Positions 1 to 9,304 of a DNA stretch of 64,000 bases are shown here, one piece after another. The DNA lies in contig SSGH01000008.1 of the NCBI GenBank assembly GCA_008015835.1, positions 69,165 through 133,164 of the forward strand, in the 5' to 3' direction. Positions within the stretch are counted from its first letter, which is position 1. Each line of letters begins with the position of its first letter. The translations under genes were made by a program, and so were the position numbers. This DNA is from Lysobacter sp. (GTDB lineage: Bacteria > Pseudomonadota > Gammaproteobacteria > Xanthomonadales > Xanthomonadaceae). The notes under the pieces are model-generated. The model was given only the letters and a program-made list of their open reading frames with translations. It was not told where the DNA came from and ran no database searches.

Positions 1-1266
1 GAGGCGATCGGGTTCGACACCGCCAAACTCGATACGCTCGACACGCTTCGCATCGAAGGCTTCGATGCCGAAGCCCCGAAGATCGCGGCGCCCGCGCCAG
101 CGGCCGAAGCGTCCGGCGTGCAACCGCTCCAATTCGACGACGACGCGTTCTTCCTCGAATCCCTGTCGGCGGATACGACCCGACCGGTCGCGTTCGACGA
201 CGCGCCGTTGGCCTCGTTCGAACCCGAGTTCGCGCTCGACACGAGCTTCGACGCTCCCGTTATGCCGCCGCCGCTGCCGGATGCGTCGCCGACGCGCGCG
301 CCGGCCGTCGACGATGTTGTCCCGGACGCCTTGGCCGCGAACGAGCTCGCCGCCGGCGAATCCCTCGGTTTCGCGCTCGACACGTTCGACGCCGGCGCAC
401 CCCAGACGAACGACGCGGCCGCGCCCGTCGCCGACTCGCGATCGACCGCACGCAACGTCGATCTGACGTCGCTGGAAGCGCGCATCTCGAGCCTCTCGCT
501 GGTCGATATCGACCGCCCGGCGGAACCCGCGCCCAAGGACATGCCGGCCTACGTCGATTTCACCGATGCCGACGCCGGCTCGATCGATTCCGCGCCCGCG
601 TCGAGCGCACAAACCGTCGCCGTGCCCGAACCGCAGCCCGAAATGCCGCCGACGCTGCCGCCGCCGGTGTGGGACGCGCCGTCGCCGTCGGCCGCTGCCG
701 CTCAGGCGCCGACGCGCTTCTCGCCGCCCAGCGATATCGGCCGCGGCTTGGTCGTGATCGAAGCGGGCTTGGGCGGCCCGGATCCGGTGCGGCAAGTCCT
801 GGCCGGTTTGCCGGCCAGCTTCCCGATGCCGGTGTTGGTGCGTCTGCATCTGCAGGGCGGGCGTTACGACCGCTTGGTCGCGCAGATGGAGCGCGCCGCC
901 TCGTTGCCGGTGATGCTGGCCGAAGTGGGCGATTTCGTGCGCACCGGCTGCATCTACTTCCTGCCCGAAGGCGTCGGCCTGAATGCGCTGCGCGACGGCT
1001 TCGAATTCATCGCGCATCCGTCGCCTGCGCTGACGATCTTCGCGGCGCTGCCGGCGCAAGACAGCGCGGTGTTGTTCCTCAGCGGCAGCGACGCCGGCTT
1101 GATCGAAGACGCGATGCAGGCCGTCGACGACGGCGCGCTGGTCGTCGCGCAGTCGCCGGAGGATTGCTACGACGGCGCCGCGTGCGCCTATCTGCGTTCG
1201 CGCGGCGCGGCCTCGGGCCTGCCGCCGGAACTCGCCGCGCGCCTCGTCGCGCGTTGGCCGTCCTGA
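1..1266 (+). CDS. chpB: CheB-like (ChpB-type) chemotaxis protein, 5' truncated by window edge; long acidic Pro/Ala linker plus a degenerate methylesterase domain
   Basis: Frame is open from base 1. C-terminal CheB-like fold (GLGGPDPVRQVLAGLPASFP...VRLHL) is followed by a CheW-like gene, as in Pil-Chp operons. Confidence 0.7.
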   Translation, partial: EAIGFDTAKLDTLDTLRIEGFDAEAPKIAAPAPAAEASGVQPLQFDDDAFFLESLSADTTRPVAFDDAPLASFEPEFALDTSFDAPVMPPPLPDASPTRAPAVDDVVPDALAANELAAGESLGFALDTFDAGAPQTNDAAAPVADSRSTARNVDLTSLEARISSLSLVDIDRPAEPAPKDMPAYVDFTDADAGSIDSAPASSAQTVAVPEPQPEMPPTLPPPVWDAPSPSAAAAQAPTRFSPPSDIGRGLVVIEAGLGGPDPVRQVLAGLPASFPMPVLVRLHLQGGRYDRLVAQMERAASLPVMLAEVGDFVRTGCIYFLPEGVGLNALRDGFEFIAHPSPALTIFAALPAQDSAVLFLSGSDAGLIEDAMQAVDDGALVVAQSPEDCYDGAACAYLRSRGAASGLPPELAARLVARWPS

Positions 1267-1333
1267 TCGTCGGCCGCGCACGCCGCACCGCAACGTCACC
1301 GCTCACGCACGTCACGCCACCGACTCCGAAGCC

Positions 1334-1864
1334 ATGAACGCCAACGCCTCCAGCACGTCTTCCGCCCACGCGTCCGTCGACGAAGTCCGCGGCGTGCTCA
1401 TCCAAATCGTCGGCGGACAAGTGCTGTTGCCCAACGCGTCCACCGTGGAAGTGCTGTCCTACGCCGAACCCGATCCGGTCGAGAACGCGCCGAATTGGAT
1501 GCTCGGCCGCATCCGCTGGCGCGGTTGGCGCGTGCCGATGATCGCCTACAGCCGCATGGTCGGCGTCGGCTCCGAATCGTCCACCATCGGTACCAAGGTG
1601 GTGATGCTCAAGGCGCTCGGCGGCGACCCCAAGCTGCCGTATTTCGCGCTATTGGCGCAGGGCTTCCCGCGCTTGGTCACCATCGGCCGCGATTCGCTGA
1701 TCGTCGATACCGCCGAGGACGAAACGCTGCCCGAGAGCGTGCGCACTCGCGTGATGTTCAACGACGCGCCCGCGCTGGTGCCCGATCTGGACGCGATCGA
1801 ACGCATGATTTCCGATGCGCTGCGCCCGGTCGAAACGCCGGCCGAGGTCGTTTCGGACGAGTGA
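1334..1864 (+). CDS. chpC: CheW-like chemotaxis adaptor (ChpC-type)
   Basis: VRGVLIQI...LLPNASTVEV, WMLGRIRWRGWRVPMI are CheW-like; directly follows the CheB-like gene. Confidence 0.8.
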   Translation: MNANASSTSSAHASVDEVRGVLIQIVGGQVLLPNASTVEVLSYAEPDPVENAPNWMLGRIRWRGWRVPMIAYSRMVGVGSESSTIGTKVVMLKALGGDPKLPYFALLAQGFPRLVTIGRDSLIVDTAEDETLPESVRTRVMFNDAPALVPDLDAIERMISDALRPVETPAEVVSDE

Positions 1865-2043
1865 TCCGACGCGTGCGTTGCGTTGCGTTCGGGGCGACTT
1901 CTCGCCTGATGCTCGCGCGATTTTCGATCGCGATGGCGTTCCCGAAAATCGCTCCGCGTCTCCGATCTTGATGCCGGCCGATGAGATTCGACGTTTTTTG
2001 CGTTAGTACGCATTTGCGCTGGTGCGGCAGTCCGAGAGGAAGC

Positions 2044-2274
2044 TTACTGCGAGCTTCTGTTCTGCTCGAAGGCCGTCGCGCTTTTTCCTCTCACCCGGGC
2101 GTAATTGCGCTTGGCGACCCAAAAAGAAATCGCACCGAGAAAAAGAAGAAGCGCATCGACTGATTCGGGCGCTTGCCGCGTATAGATCTTATAGAAGAAA
2201 TAGAGCGAGACCCTCAGAAAGACGCTTGCCCAAAAGAGCAAGAGCACGAAGCTCACGACTTTTCTGATGTTCAT
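2044..2274 (-). CDS. Small AT-rich membrane protein, hypothetical
   Basis: 76-aa ORF with two hydrophobic stretches; GGAG about 8 nt upstream of the ATG; local GC is below flanks. Confidence 0.55.
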   Translation of the reverse strand: MNIRKVVSFVLLLFWASVFLRVSLYFFYKIYTRQAPESVDALLLFLGAISFWVAKRNYARVRGKSATAFEQNRSSQ

Positions 2275-2344
2275 GAAGCGGTCTCCGGTATGCCGAGAAG
2301 GAAGGCGATCGAGAGCGAAGAGACGTTCGAGCGATCGGCGCCCC

Positions 2345-3076
2345 TCACAAATCCCCGAATTTCGCCTGCAGCGCCGCGATGGCGGAGAGGCCAGCGGTTT
2401 CCGTGCGCAGGATGCGCGGGCCGAGACGTAAGCCGGCGAAGCCGCTCTCGCGCAGCACGGCGCGATCCTTCTCCGACCAACCGCCTTCGGGGCCGATGGC
2501 GACGACGACTTCGGCCTGCGGCGGCGATAACGTTTCGAAGCGATGCTCGCCCTGCGGGTCGAGCGTGAGTTTCAGCGCGTCCGCGGCGAACGCGGCGGCG
2601 GCTTCGGCCAAGCCGCGTGCGGGCGCGAGTTCGGGAATCCGCGCGCGGCCGGACTGTTCGCAGGCCGACACCACGACGCTGCGCCAATGCGCCATGCGTT
2701 TGTCCAGGCGGTCGCCGTCGAGTCGCACTTCCGTGCGATCGGCGAACACCGGGACGATGCCGGCCACGCCGAGTTCGGTGGCTTTCTGCAAAATCAAATC
2801 CATCTTCTCGCCGCGGGCGATGCCCTGCAGCAGCACGATCCGCAGCGGCGATTCGTTGTCGATCGCACGCGCATCCAGTACTTCGGCTTCCACGACCCGT
2901 TTGTTCGCCGCCAGCATGCGCGCGTCGTAATCGCGGCCGTCGCCGTTGAACAACACGCAGGCCTCGCCTTCGCGCAGGCGCAGTACGCGCACCAGATGCG
3001 CGCCCGCGCTTTCGGGCAGCGCGACGCGCGCGCCGGGCGCGAGCGGGGCATCGACGAACACGCGGGTCAAACGCAT
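2345..3076 (-). CDS. rsmE: 16S rRNA m3U1498 methyltransferase
   Basis: MRLTRVFVD start, HLVRVLRL, KMDLILQKATELGV, IGPEGG, LGPRILRTETA; overlaps the bioA stop. Confidence 0.95.
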   Translation of the reverse strand: MRLTRVFVDAPLAPGARVALPESAGAHLVRVLRLREGEACVLFNGDGRDYDARMLAANKRVVEAEVLDARAIDNESPLRIVLLQGIARGEKMDLILQKATELGVAGIVPVFADRTEVRLDGDRLDKRMAHWRSVVVSACEQSGRARIPELAPARGLAEAAAAFAADALKLTLDPQGEHRFETLSPPQAEVVVAIGPEGGWSEKDRAVLRESGFAGLRLGPRILRTETAGLSAIAALQAKFGDL

Positions 3077-4488
3077 GCGAGGGGCTCCTGTTCTGCGGCC
3101 TCGCCGCCAGCGGCGGCGATCGCGGCGCGCGTGGCCTCGGCGAGCGTCGCGAGCTGCGCGTCGTCGACGCAATACGGCGGCATCCAGTACAGCACGTCGC
3201 CCAGCGGGCGCAGCAGCGCGCCGTGCGCCTGCGCCGCGCGGTACATCCGCAGCACGCGCTTGTCCGCGATATCGCGCGGCGGCGGCGCGTCGCTCGGTTC
3301 GGGGTGCAGCTCGATGGCGAGGATCATCCCGGTTTGGCGCACTTCCGCCACGGCCGGATGCGACGCGAACGGAGCGGCCAATGCGGCCATCTTCGCCGCG
3401 GTGTCGCGATTGCGCGCGATCACGTCCTCGTTCTGCACAATCTCCAGCGACGCCAGCGCCGCCGCGCAGGCCAGCGGGTTGCCGCTGTAGCTGTGCGAAT
3501 GCAGGAACGCGCGTTCGCGCGAATCGTCGAGGAATCCGTCGTAAATACCTTGCGTCGCGAGCACCGCGCACAGCGGCAAAAAGCCGCCGGTGAGGCCTTT
3601 CGACAAACAGAGAAGATCCGGTTGGATGCCGGCCTGCTCGCAAGCGAACAAGGTGCCGGTGCGGCCGAAGCCGGTGGCGATTTCGTCGGCGATCAAAAAA
3701 ACGCCATGCGCATCGCACAGCGCGCGCGCGCGCCGCAGATACGAGGGCCGATACATGCGCATGCCGCCCGCGCATTGCACCAGCGGTTCCAGGATCAGCG
3801 CGCAGACCTCACCGCGATGCGCGTCCAACAGGGCGGCGAGCGCATCCGCGGCGGCCTCCGCGCAGCGCTCCGCCTCGGCGTCGTCGCGCGCGCCGAAGGC
3901 ATCGGGCGAGGGCGCGAACAGCGCCTCCATCAGCAGCGGCGCGTAGGTGCGGCGATACAGCGGCACGTCGCCCACCGCCAGCGCGCCGATGGTTTCGCCG
4001 TGGTAGCCGTTGCCGAGCGCGATGAATTGGGTGCGTCGGCCGTCGCCGCGGTTGCGATGCCAGTGGAACGCCATCTTCAGCGCGACTTCCACCCCGGCCG
4101 AACCGTTGTCGGCGTAGAAGACTTTGGCCAGCGGCGTGCGCCCGGATTCGCGCGGGGCGATGGCCAGCAATCGCTCGGCCAATTCCACGCCCGGCGCGTG
4201 CGAAAAGCCGGCCAGGATCACCTGCTCCAGCGTGCGCGCCTGCCGGGCGATGGCCTCGGCGATCCGCGGTTCGGCGTGCCCGTGCAGATTCGTCCACCAA
4301 CTGCTGACGCCGTCGACCAGCCGGCGGCCGTCGTGACCGATCAACCATGCGCCTTCGCCGCGCGCCACCGGCCACAGGGGCAAGGCGTCGGGGTGTTCCC
4401 GCATCTGCGTGCAGGGGTGCCACAGCACGGCCAGATCGCGCGACCGCCAGCGGTCGGCGTCGTTTATCATCGCGGGATGCGTGTTCAT
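3067..4488 (-). CDS. bioA: Adenosylmethionine-8-amino-7-oxononanoate transaminase
   Basis: WHPCTQM, DGVSSWWTN, GYHGET, ADEIATGFGRTG, LSKGLTGG (PLP Lys), HSHSY. Start uncertain (4470, 4488 or 4494). Confidence 0.95.
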   Translation of the reverse strand: MNTHPAMINDADRWRSRDLAVLWHPCTQMREHPDALPLWPVARGEGAWLIGHDGRRLVDGVSSWWTNLHGHAEPRIAEAIARQARTLEQVILAGFSHAPGVELAERLLAIAPRESGRTPLAKVFYADNGSAGVEVALKMAFHWHRNRGDGRRTQFIALGNGYHGETIGALAVGDVPLYRRTYAPLLMEALFAPSPDAFGARDDAEAERCAEAAADALAALLDAHRGEVCALILEPLVQCAGGMRMYRPSYLRRARALCDAHGVFLIADEIATGFGRTGTLFACEQAGIQPDLLCLSKGLTGGFLPLCAVLATQGIYDGFLDDSRERAFLHSHSYSGNPLACAAALASLEIVQNEDVIARNRDTAAKMAALAAPFASHPAVAEVRQTGMILAIELHPEPSDAPPPRDIADKRVLRMYRAAQAHGALLRPLGDVLYWMPPYCVDDAQLATLAEATRAAIAAAGGEAAEQEPLACV

Positions 4489-4520
4489 CCCCACATTATC
4501 GCCTGCGGCGCGGGTGCGCC

Positions 4521-5078
4521 GTGAGCCGCCCCCTGCCGACCGTCCACGCCGTACGCCGCCATCGCGGCGATCCCGAGCGCGTGATCGAAGAGGTCGATCT
4601 GGAATTCGCCAACGGCGAACGTCGCTTGTATCACCGCGCGCCGGCGACCGGTCATGGCGCGGTGATCGTGGTGCCGATGCTCGACGACGACACCGCGCTG
4701 TTGATCCGCGAATACGCCGCCGGCACGCATCGCTACGAATTGGGCTTGGTGAAGGGCAAGATCGACCCCGGCGAAACCCCCGAGGACGCCGCGAACCGCG
4801 AGTTGAAGGAAGAAGCCGGCTACGGCGCGCGTTCGCTGCGGGTGATGCGGCGGATCACGCTCGCGCCCACCTACATGGGCCACGAAACCATCTTGGTGCT
4901 CGCGCGCGACCTGTACGAAGAGCGCTTGGCCGGCGACGAGCCCGAACCGCTCGATGTGGTGCCGTGGCGACTGGACGCGCTGCACGAATTGATCCTGCGC
5001 GACGATTTTTCCGAGGGCCGCTCGATCGCCGCCTTGTTCCTGGTCCGGGAGTGGTTCCGTCATGCCGATGCTGCTTGA
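4521..5078 (+). CDS. nudE: ADP-compounds hydrolase (Nudix)
   Basis: Nudix box GKIDPGETPEDAANRELKEEAGY, EEVDLEFANG; GTG start; sits upstream of cysQ. Confidence 0.9.
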   Translation: MSRPLPTVHAVRRHRGDPERVIEEVDLEFANGERRLYHRAPATGHGAVIVVPMLDDDTALLIREYAAGTHRYELGLVKGKIDPGETPEDAANRELKEEAGYGARSLRVMRRITLAPTYMGHETILVLARDLYEERLAGDEPEPLDVVPWRLDALHELILRDDFSEGRSIAALFLVREWFRHADAA

Positions 5079-5901
5079 GCCCGAACTGCGCGAACGCGTG
5101 ATCGCGCTCGCCGTGGAAGCCGCGCAGCGGATTCTCGAGGTCTACGAACGCGGCGATGCCCGCGACGCCAGCGGCATGGATTTGCGCCATAAGGCCGACG
5201 ACAGCCCGCTGACCGCGGCCGATCTGGCCTCGCATCGCTGCATCGTCGACGGTCTGGCCGCGTTGACCCCGGAAATTCCGGTGCTGTCGGAAGAATCGGC
5301 GGACGAAGTGCCGACCGAAGAACGCTTGCGCTGGACCCGGCTGTGGTTGGTCGATCCGCTCGACGGCACCCGCGAATTCGTGAAGCGCAACGGCGAGTTC
5401 ACCGTGAATATCGCGCTGATCGAAGACGGCGTCGCCACCTTCGGCGTGATCCAGGCGCCGACCACCGGCGTCGTGTGGTGGGGCGATCGCGCGCATGGCG
5501 CGTATCGCCGCGACGAGAGCGGCCACGAGATCGCCTTGTCCACGCGCACGCCCGCGCTCGCGCCGCTGCGCGTCGCCGCCAGCCGCTCGCATCGCGACGC
5601 GCGCACCGAAGCGTTCATGGCGAAGATGACCGCCGACACCGGCCCGACAAACGACGTGGGCGTCGGCTCGTCGCTGAAGTTCTGCCGCATCGCCGAGGGA
5701 GCGATCGATATTTACCCGCGCTTCGGCCCCACCAGCGAATGGGACACCGCTGCCGGCCAGATCATCCTCGAAGCGGCGGGCGGCGCGGTGCTCGACCCGC
5801 GCGGCCGACCGTTCCGCTACAACCAGCGGGCCACCGTGCTCAACGGCGACTTCGTGGCGATGGGCGATGCGACGCTGCCTTGGGCGAGTTGGTGCGCGTG
5901 A
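5062..5901 (+). CDS. cysQ: 3'(2'),5'-bisphosphate nucleotidase
   Basis: KADDSPLTAAD, LSEE, WLVDPLDGTREF, GSSLKFC, EWDTAAG. Confidence 0.95.
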   Translation: MPMLLEPELRERVIALAVEAAQRILEVYERGDARDASGMDLRHKADDSPLTAADLASHRCIVDGLAALTPEIPVLSEESADEVPTEERLRWTRLWLVDPLDGTREFVKRNGEFTVNIALIEDGVATFGVIQAPTTGVVWWGDRAHGAYRRDESGHEIALSTRTPALAPLRVAASRSHRDARTEAFMAKMTADTGPTNDVGVGSSLKFCRIAEGAIDIYPRFGPTSEWDTAAGQIILEAAGGAVLDPRGRPFRYNQRATVLNGDFVAMGDATLPWASWCA

Positions 5902-5930
5902 GCTTGCGCCTCTACTTGCACTGCATTCGT

Positions 5931-6018
5931 TGTCATCCCGAGCGCAGCGAGGGACCTGTTTTTTCTTTTGGCGAGCTCGCTTCCGAACAGCAGGTTCCTC
6001 GCTGCGCTCGGGATGACA
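5931..6018. repeat. REP-like inverted repeat (28-bp arms, 1 mismatch)
   Basis: TGTCATCCCGAGCGCAGCGAGGGACCTG (5931-5958) and CAGGTTCCTCGCTGCGCTCGGGATGACA (5991-6018). Confidence 0.85.
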
Positions 6019-6043
6019 GCGTTATTCGTTCGGGCATAGCCGC

Positions 6044-6880
6044 ATGACCGCTGATCCCCTGCAACGTCTTCTCGCCATCATGGCCCGTCTGCGCGACCCG
6101 CAGGGCGGTTGTCCGTGGGATACGAAGCAAACCTTCGCCACCATCGCGCCGTACACCATCGAAGAAGCCTACGAAGTGGCCGATGCGATCGATCGCGGCG
6201 ATCTGGGCGATCTGAAGGACGAACTCGGCGATTTGTTGTTCCAAGTCGTGTTCCATGCGCGCATGGCCGAAGAGCAGGGGGCGTTCGCGTTCGCCGACGT
6301 GGCGCAGGCCATCGCCGACAAGATGGAGCGCCGGCATCCGCACGTGTTCGCCGGCATGAGCATCGAGGATAGCGATGCGCTGAACGCGATGTGGGACGCC
6401 GAGAAAAAGAAGGAGCGCCTCGCGAAATACGGCGCGGATCACGACGCTTCGGCCTTGGCGGGCATCGCATCGGGGTTGCCGGAATGGCAGCGCGCGATCA
6501 AATTGCAGAAGAAAGCTGCGACCGTCGGTTTCGATTGGCCCGGCTACGCGCCGGTGATCGAGAAATTGCGCGAAGAACTGAACGAAACCCAGGCGGAGTT
6601 CGAAGCGTTGGCCGCGACGCCGGGCGATCCTGCGGTGCGCGAGCGATTGGAAGACGAAATCGGCGACTTGTTGTTCGTCGCGGCCAACCTGGCCCGGCAT
6701 GCGAAGGTCGATCCGGGCGCCGCGCTGCGTCGCGCGAACCATAAGTTCGAGCGCCGCTTTCGCGCGATGGAAGCGATGGCCGCCGCCGACGGCGTGCGGC
6801 TTGCCGATTTGCCGCTGGACGCGCAGGATGCCTACTGGCATCGCGCCAAATGTCAAGAACGTTCGGAGTCTTCGTCATGA
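6044..6880 (+). CDS. mazG: Nucleoside triphosphate pyrophosphohydrolase
   Basis: LRDPQGGCPWD, EEAYEV, ELGDLLFQVVFH, RRHPHVF; second MazG domain EIGDLLF. Confidence 0.95.
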   Translation: MTADPLQRLLAIMARLRDPQGGCPWDTKQTFATIAPYTIEEAYEVADAIDRGDLGDLKDELGDLLFQVVFHARMAEEQGAFAFADVAQAIADKMERRHPHVFAGMSIEDSDALNAMWDAEKKKERLAKYGADHDASALAGIASGLPEWQRAIKLQKKAATVGFDWPGYAPVIEKLREELNETQAEFEALAATPGDPAVRERLEDEIGDLLFVAANLARHAKVDPGAALRRANHKFERRFRAMEAMAAADGVRLADLPLDAQDAYWHRAKCQERSESSS

Positions 6881-7182
6881 GCGACGGTTTCGCCAGTTTC
6901 CGCGAGTTCTATCCGTTCTATCTCGGCGAGCACCAGAACACGGTGTGCCGCCGTCTGCATTTCGTCGGCACCACCTGCGCCATCGCGTGCATCGCGACCG
7001 CCGTGTTCCAGCGCAATTCGTGGTGGCTGCTGGCGGCCTTGGTCAGCGGCTACGCATTCGCGTGGGTCGGCCATTTCTTCTTCGAAAAAAACCGGCCGGC
7101 GACGTTCAAATATCCGTTCTATTCCTTCGCCGGCGACTGGGTGATGTACAAGGATATTTGGATCGGCAAGATCAAATTCTGA
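6877..7182 (+). CDS. DUF962 (Mpo1-like) membrane protein
   Basis: FYPFYLGEH..CRRLHFVG, WVGHFFFEKNRPATF; ATGA overlap with mazG. Confidence 0.85.
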   Translation: MSDGFASFREFYPFYLGEHQNTVCRRLHFVGTTCAIACIATAVFQRNSWWLLAALVSGYAFAWVGHFFFEKNRPATFKYPFYSFAGDWVMYKDIWIGKIKF

Positions 7183-7271
7183 GCGGCGTCGCGTCGCTCG
7201 TTCGACGGCGTTCGGTTGTAAGGGATCGATTTTCGGGTCATCGGGTGTAGGAGCGGCATCGACGTTCGCGC

Positions 7272-7619
7272 TCACTCCAGGAAAATCAGCCAGGCGGCGG
7301 CGACGATGAGAGCAAAGCCAGCCCAATGATTCCACTTCAGCGGCTGCTCCAAATACCACGCCGAAAACCCGGCGAAGACGATCAGAGTGATCACTTCCTG
7401 CATGCCCTTGAGCTGCGGCGCCGAGTACACCGCGCTGCCCCAGCGATTCGCGGGCACCATCAGGCTGTACTCGAACAGGGCGATGCCCCAACTGGCCACG
7501 ATCGCCAGCGGCAGCGGCGCGGATTTGTACTTCAAATGTCCGTACCAGGCGAAGGTCATGAACACGTTGGAACAGACCAAGAGGAAGACGGGCAGGAGGC
7601 GTTCTAGGACGAATGGCAT
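7272..7619 (-). CDS. DMT family (DUF486) small membrane protein
   Basis: SNVFMTFAWYGHLK, SWGIALFEY, QLKGMQEVITL. Confidence 0.85.
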   Translation of the reverse strand: MPFVLERLLPVFLLVCSNVFMTFAWYGHLKYKSAPLPLAIVASWGIALFEYSLMVPANRWGSAVYSAPQLKGMQEVITLIVFAGFSAWYLEQPLKWNHWAGFALIVAAAWLIFLE

Positions 7620-7783
7620 GGCAGCGTCGGAGGCGGGTGTCGTGCGATGATGCGGTGGCCCTAGGCTTTCGCCAAGACCGCCGCCGCGGAACTCCCATCG
7701 GGAACCTTCGCGCGCGCGACGGGTCGACGCCGCCGTGTCCTCGTGCGCTCTCCCTCCATCCCCACGCGTTTCGTTCATTGCCC

Positions 7784-9304
7784 ATGCCCTCATCCCGCAA
7801 AACCGGTTCGCGCTTTCCCCGTATCGCCATCGCGGCCGTCGTGGTCGCCTCGATCGCCGTCGGCGGCTGGTACTGGACGCGGCGAAACGCCGACGACGCG
7901 CCCGCCTACCGCACCGCCGAGGTGGAGCAGGGCGATATTCGCGTCTCGATCTCGGCCACCGGCACGCTCAGCGCGCTGTCCACGGTGGACGTGGGCAGCG
8001 AAGTGTCGGGTCGGCTGACCGAAGTGCTGGTCGATTTCAACGACCGCGTGAGCAAGGGCCAGATCCTGGCGCGCATCGATCCCAGCACGTTCGAGTCGCA
8101 GATCGAACAGACCGACGCCAGCATCGCCAACGCGCGCGCCGCCTTGCTCAGCGCGCAGGCCGCGTTGCGCAATGCGGACTTGGATTTCGCGCGCAAGCAG
8201 CAACTGGTGCGGCAGGATTTGGTGTCCCGCAGCGATCTGGATCAGTCGCGCGCGGCGCTGGATCAGGCGCGCGGCCAAGTCGCGCAGGCGCAGGCGCAAA
8301 TTCGTCAGCAGCAGGCGTCCACGCAGAATGCGCGGTTGAACCTGGCGCGCACGGTGATTCGGTCCCCGGTCGACGGCGTGGTGCTCAATCGCGCGGTGGA
8401 ACCCGGCCAGACCGTGGCCGCCAGCCTGCAAGCGCCGGTGCTGTTCAAGATCGCCGAGGACTTGGCGAAGATGGAAATCGTGCTGGCGGTGGACGAATCC
8501 GACATCGGCCAAGTCAAACCCGGTCAGCCGGTGAGCTTCACGGTCGATGCCTACCCCGATCGCCAATTCAAGGGCGAAGTGCGGCAGGTGCGCGTCGCCG
8601 CGACCAACACCAACAACGTGATCACCTATCCGGTGGTGATCGCGGTGGACAACAGCGATCAAGCGCTGTTGCCGGGCATGACCACCAATGCCGAAATCGA
8701 AGTCAGCCGCCGCGACAACATCCTGAAAGTGCCCAATGCGGCCCTGCGCTTCAAACCGCCGGAAAGCGCGCTCGGCGCGCCGGGCGGCACGACACCGCAG
8801 CGCATCGGCGCCCGCGCCGGCATCAGCGACGACCTGCCGAAGGTCGCGGCCATGTTGAAGCTCGACACCGCGCAGCAGGCCCAATTCGACAGCGCCTTGG
8901 CGCAGATGCGCGAACGTGCCGCCGCGCGCGTCGCGGCCCCGCCGCAAGGCGGCAATGCAGGGCCGACGCTGTTCGGACGCCCGCCTGGCGGCGGGCCGTC
9001 GGGCGGCGGCAACGGCGGCGCGCCGAACGGACAGATGCGTCAGCGCATGCTCGAACGTTTCAATCAGCAATTCGGCGCGTTCCGCGGCAGCTTGAGCGAC
9101 GCCCAGCGCCAGCGCTGGGACGCCGAGATCAACACGTTGGTCGGGTCGCGCCGCGCGCCGATCTATCGCTTGGTCGATGGCGTGCCCACGCCGGTGACGG
9201 TGCGCATCGGCGCCTCCGACGGCAGCAGTACGGAAGTCGCGGGCGAGATCGCGGCCGGCGATGCGATCGTCGTCGGCACGCAGGCGGTCGAGGTCGCGAA
9301 GTGA
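7784..9304 (+). CDS. MacA-like periplasmic adaptor subunit with helical insertion
   Basis: N-terminal TM, VDVGSEVSGRL, IRSPVDGVV, GQTVAASLQAPVLF, LLPGMT. Confidence 0.9.
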   Translation: MPSSRKTGSRFPRIAIAAVVVASIAVGGWYWTRRNADDAPAYRTAEVEQGDIRVSISATGTLSALSTVDVGSEVSGRLTEVLVDFNDRVSKGQILARIDPSTFESQIEQTDASIANARAALLSAQAALRNADLDFARKQQLVRQDLVSRSDLDQSRAALDQARGQVAQAQAQIRQQQASTQNARLNLARTVIRSPVDGVVLNRAVEPGQTVAASLQAPVLFKIAEDLAKMEIVLAVDESDIGQVKPGQPVSFTVDAYPDRQFKGEVRQVRVAATNTNNVITYPVVIAVDNSDQALLPGMTTNAEIEVSRRDNILKVPNAALRFKPPESALGAPGGTTPQRIGARAGISDDLPKVAAMLKLDTAQQAQFDSALAQMRERAAARVAAPPQGGNAGPTLFGRPPGGGPSGGGNGGAPNGQMRQRMLERFNQQFGAFRGSLSDAQRQRWDAEINTLVGSRRAPIYRLVDGVPTPVTVRIGASDGSSTEVAGEIAAGDAIVVGTQAVEVAK

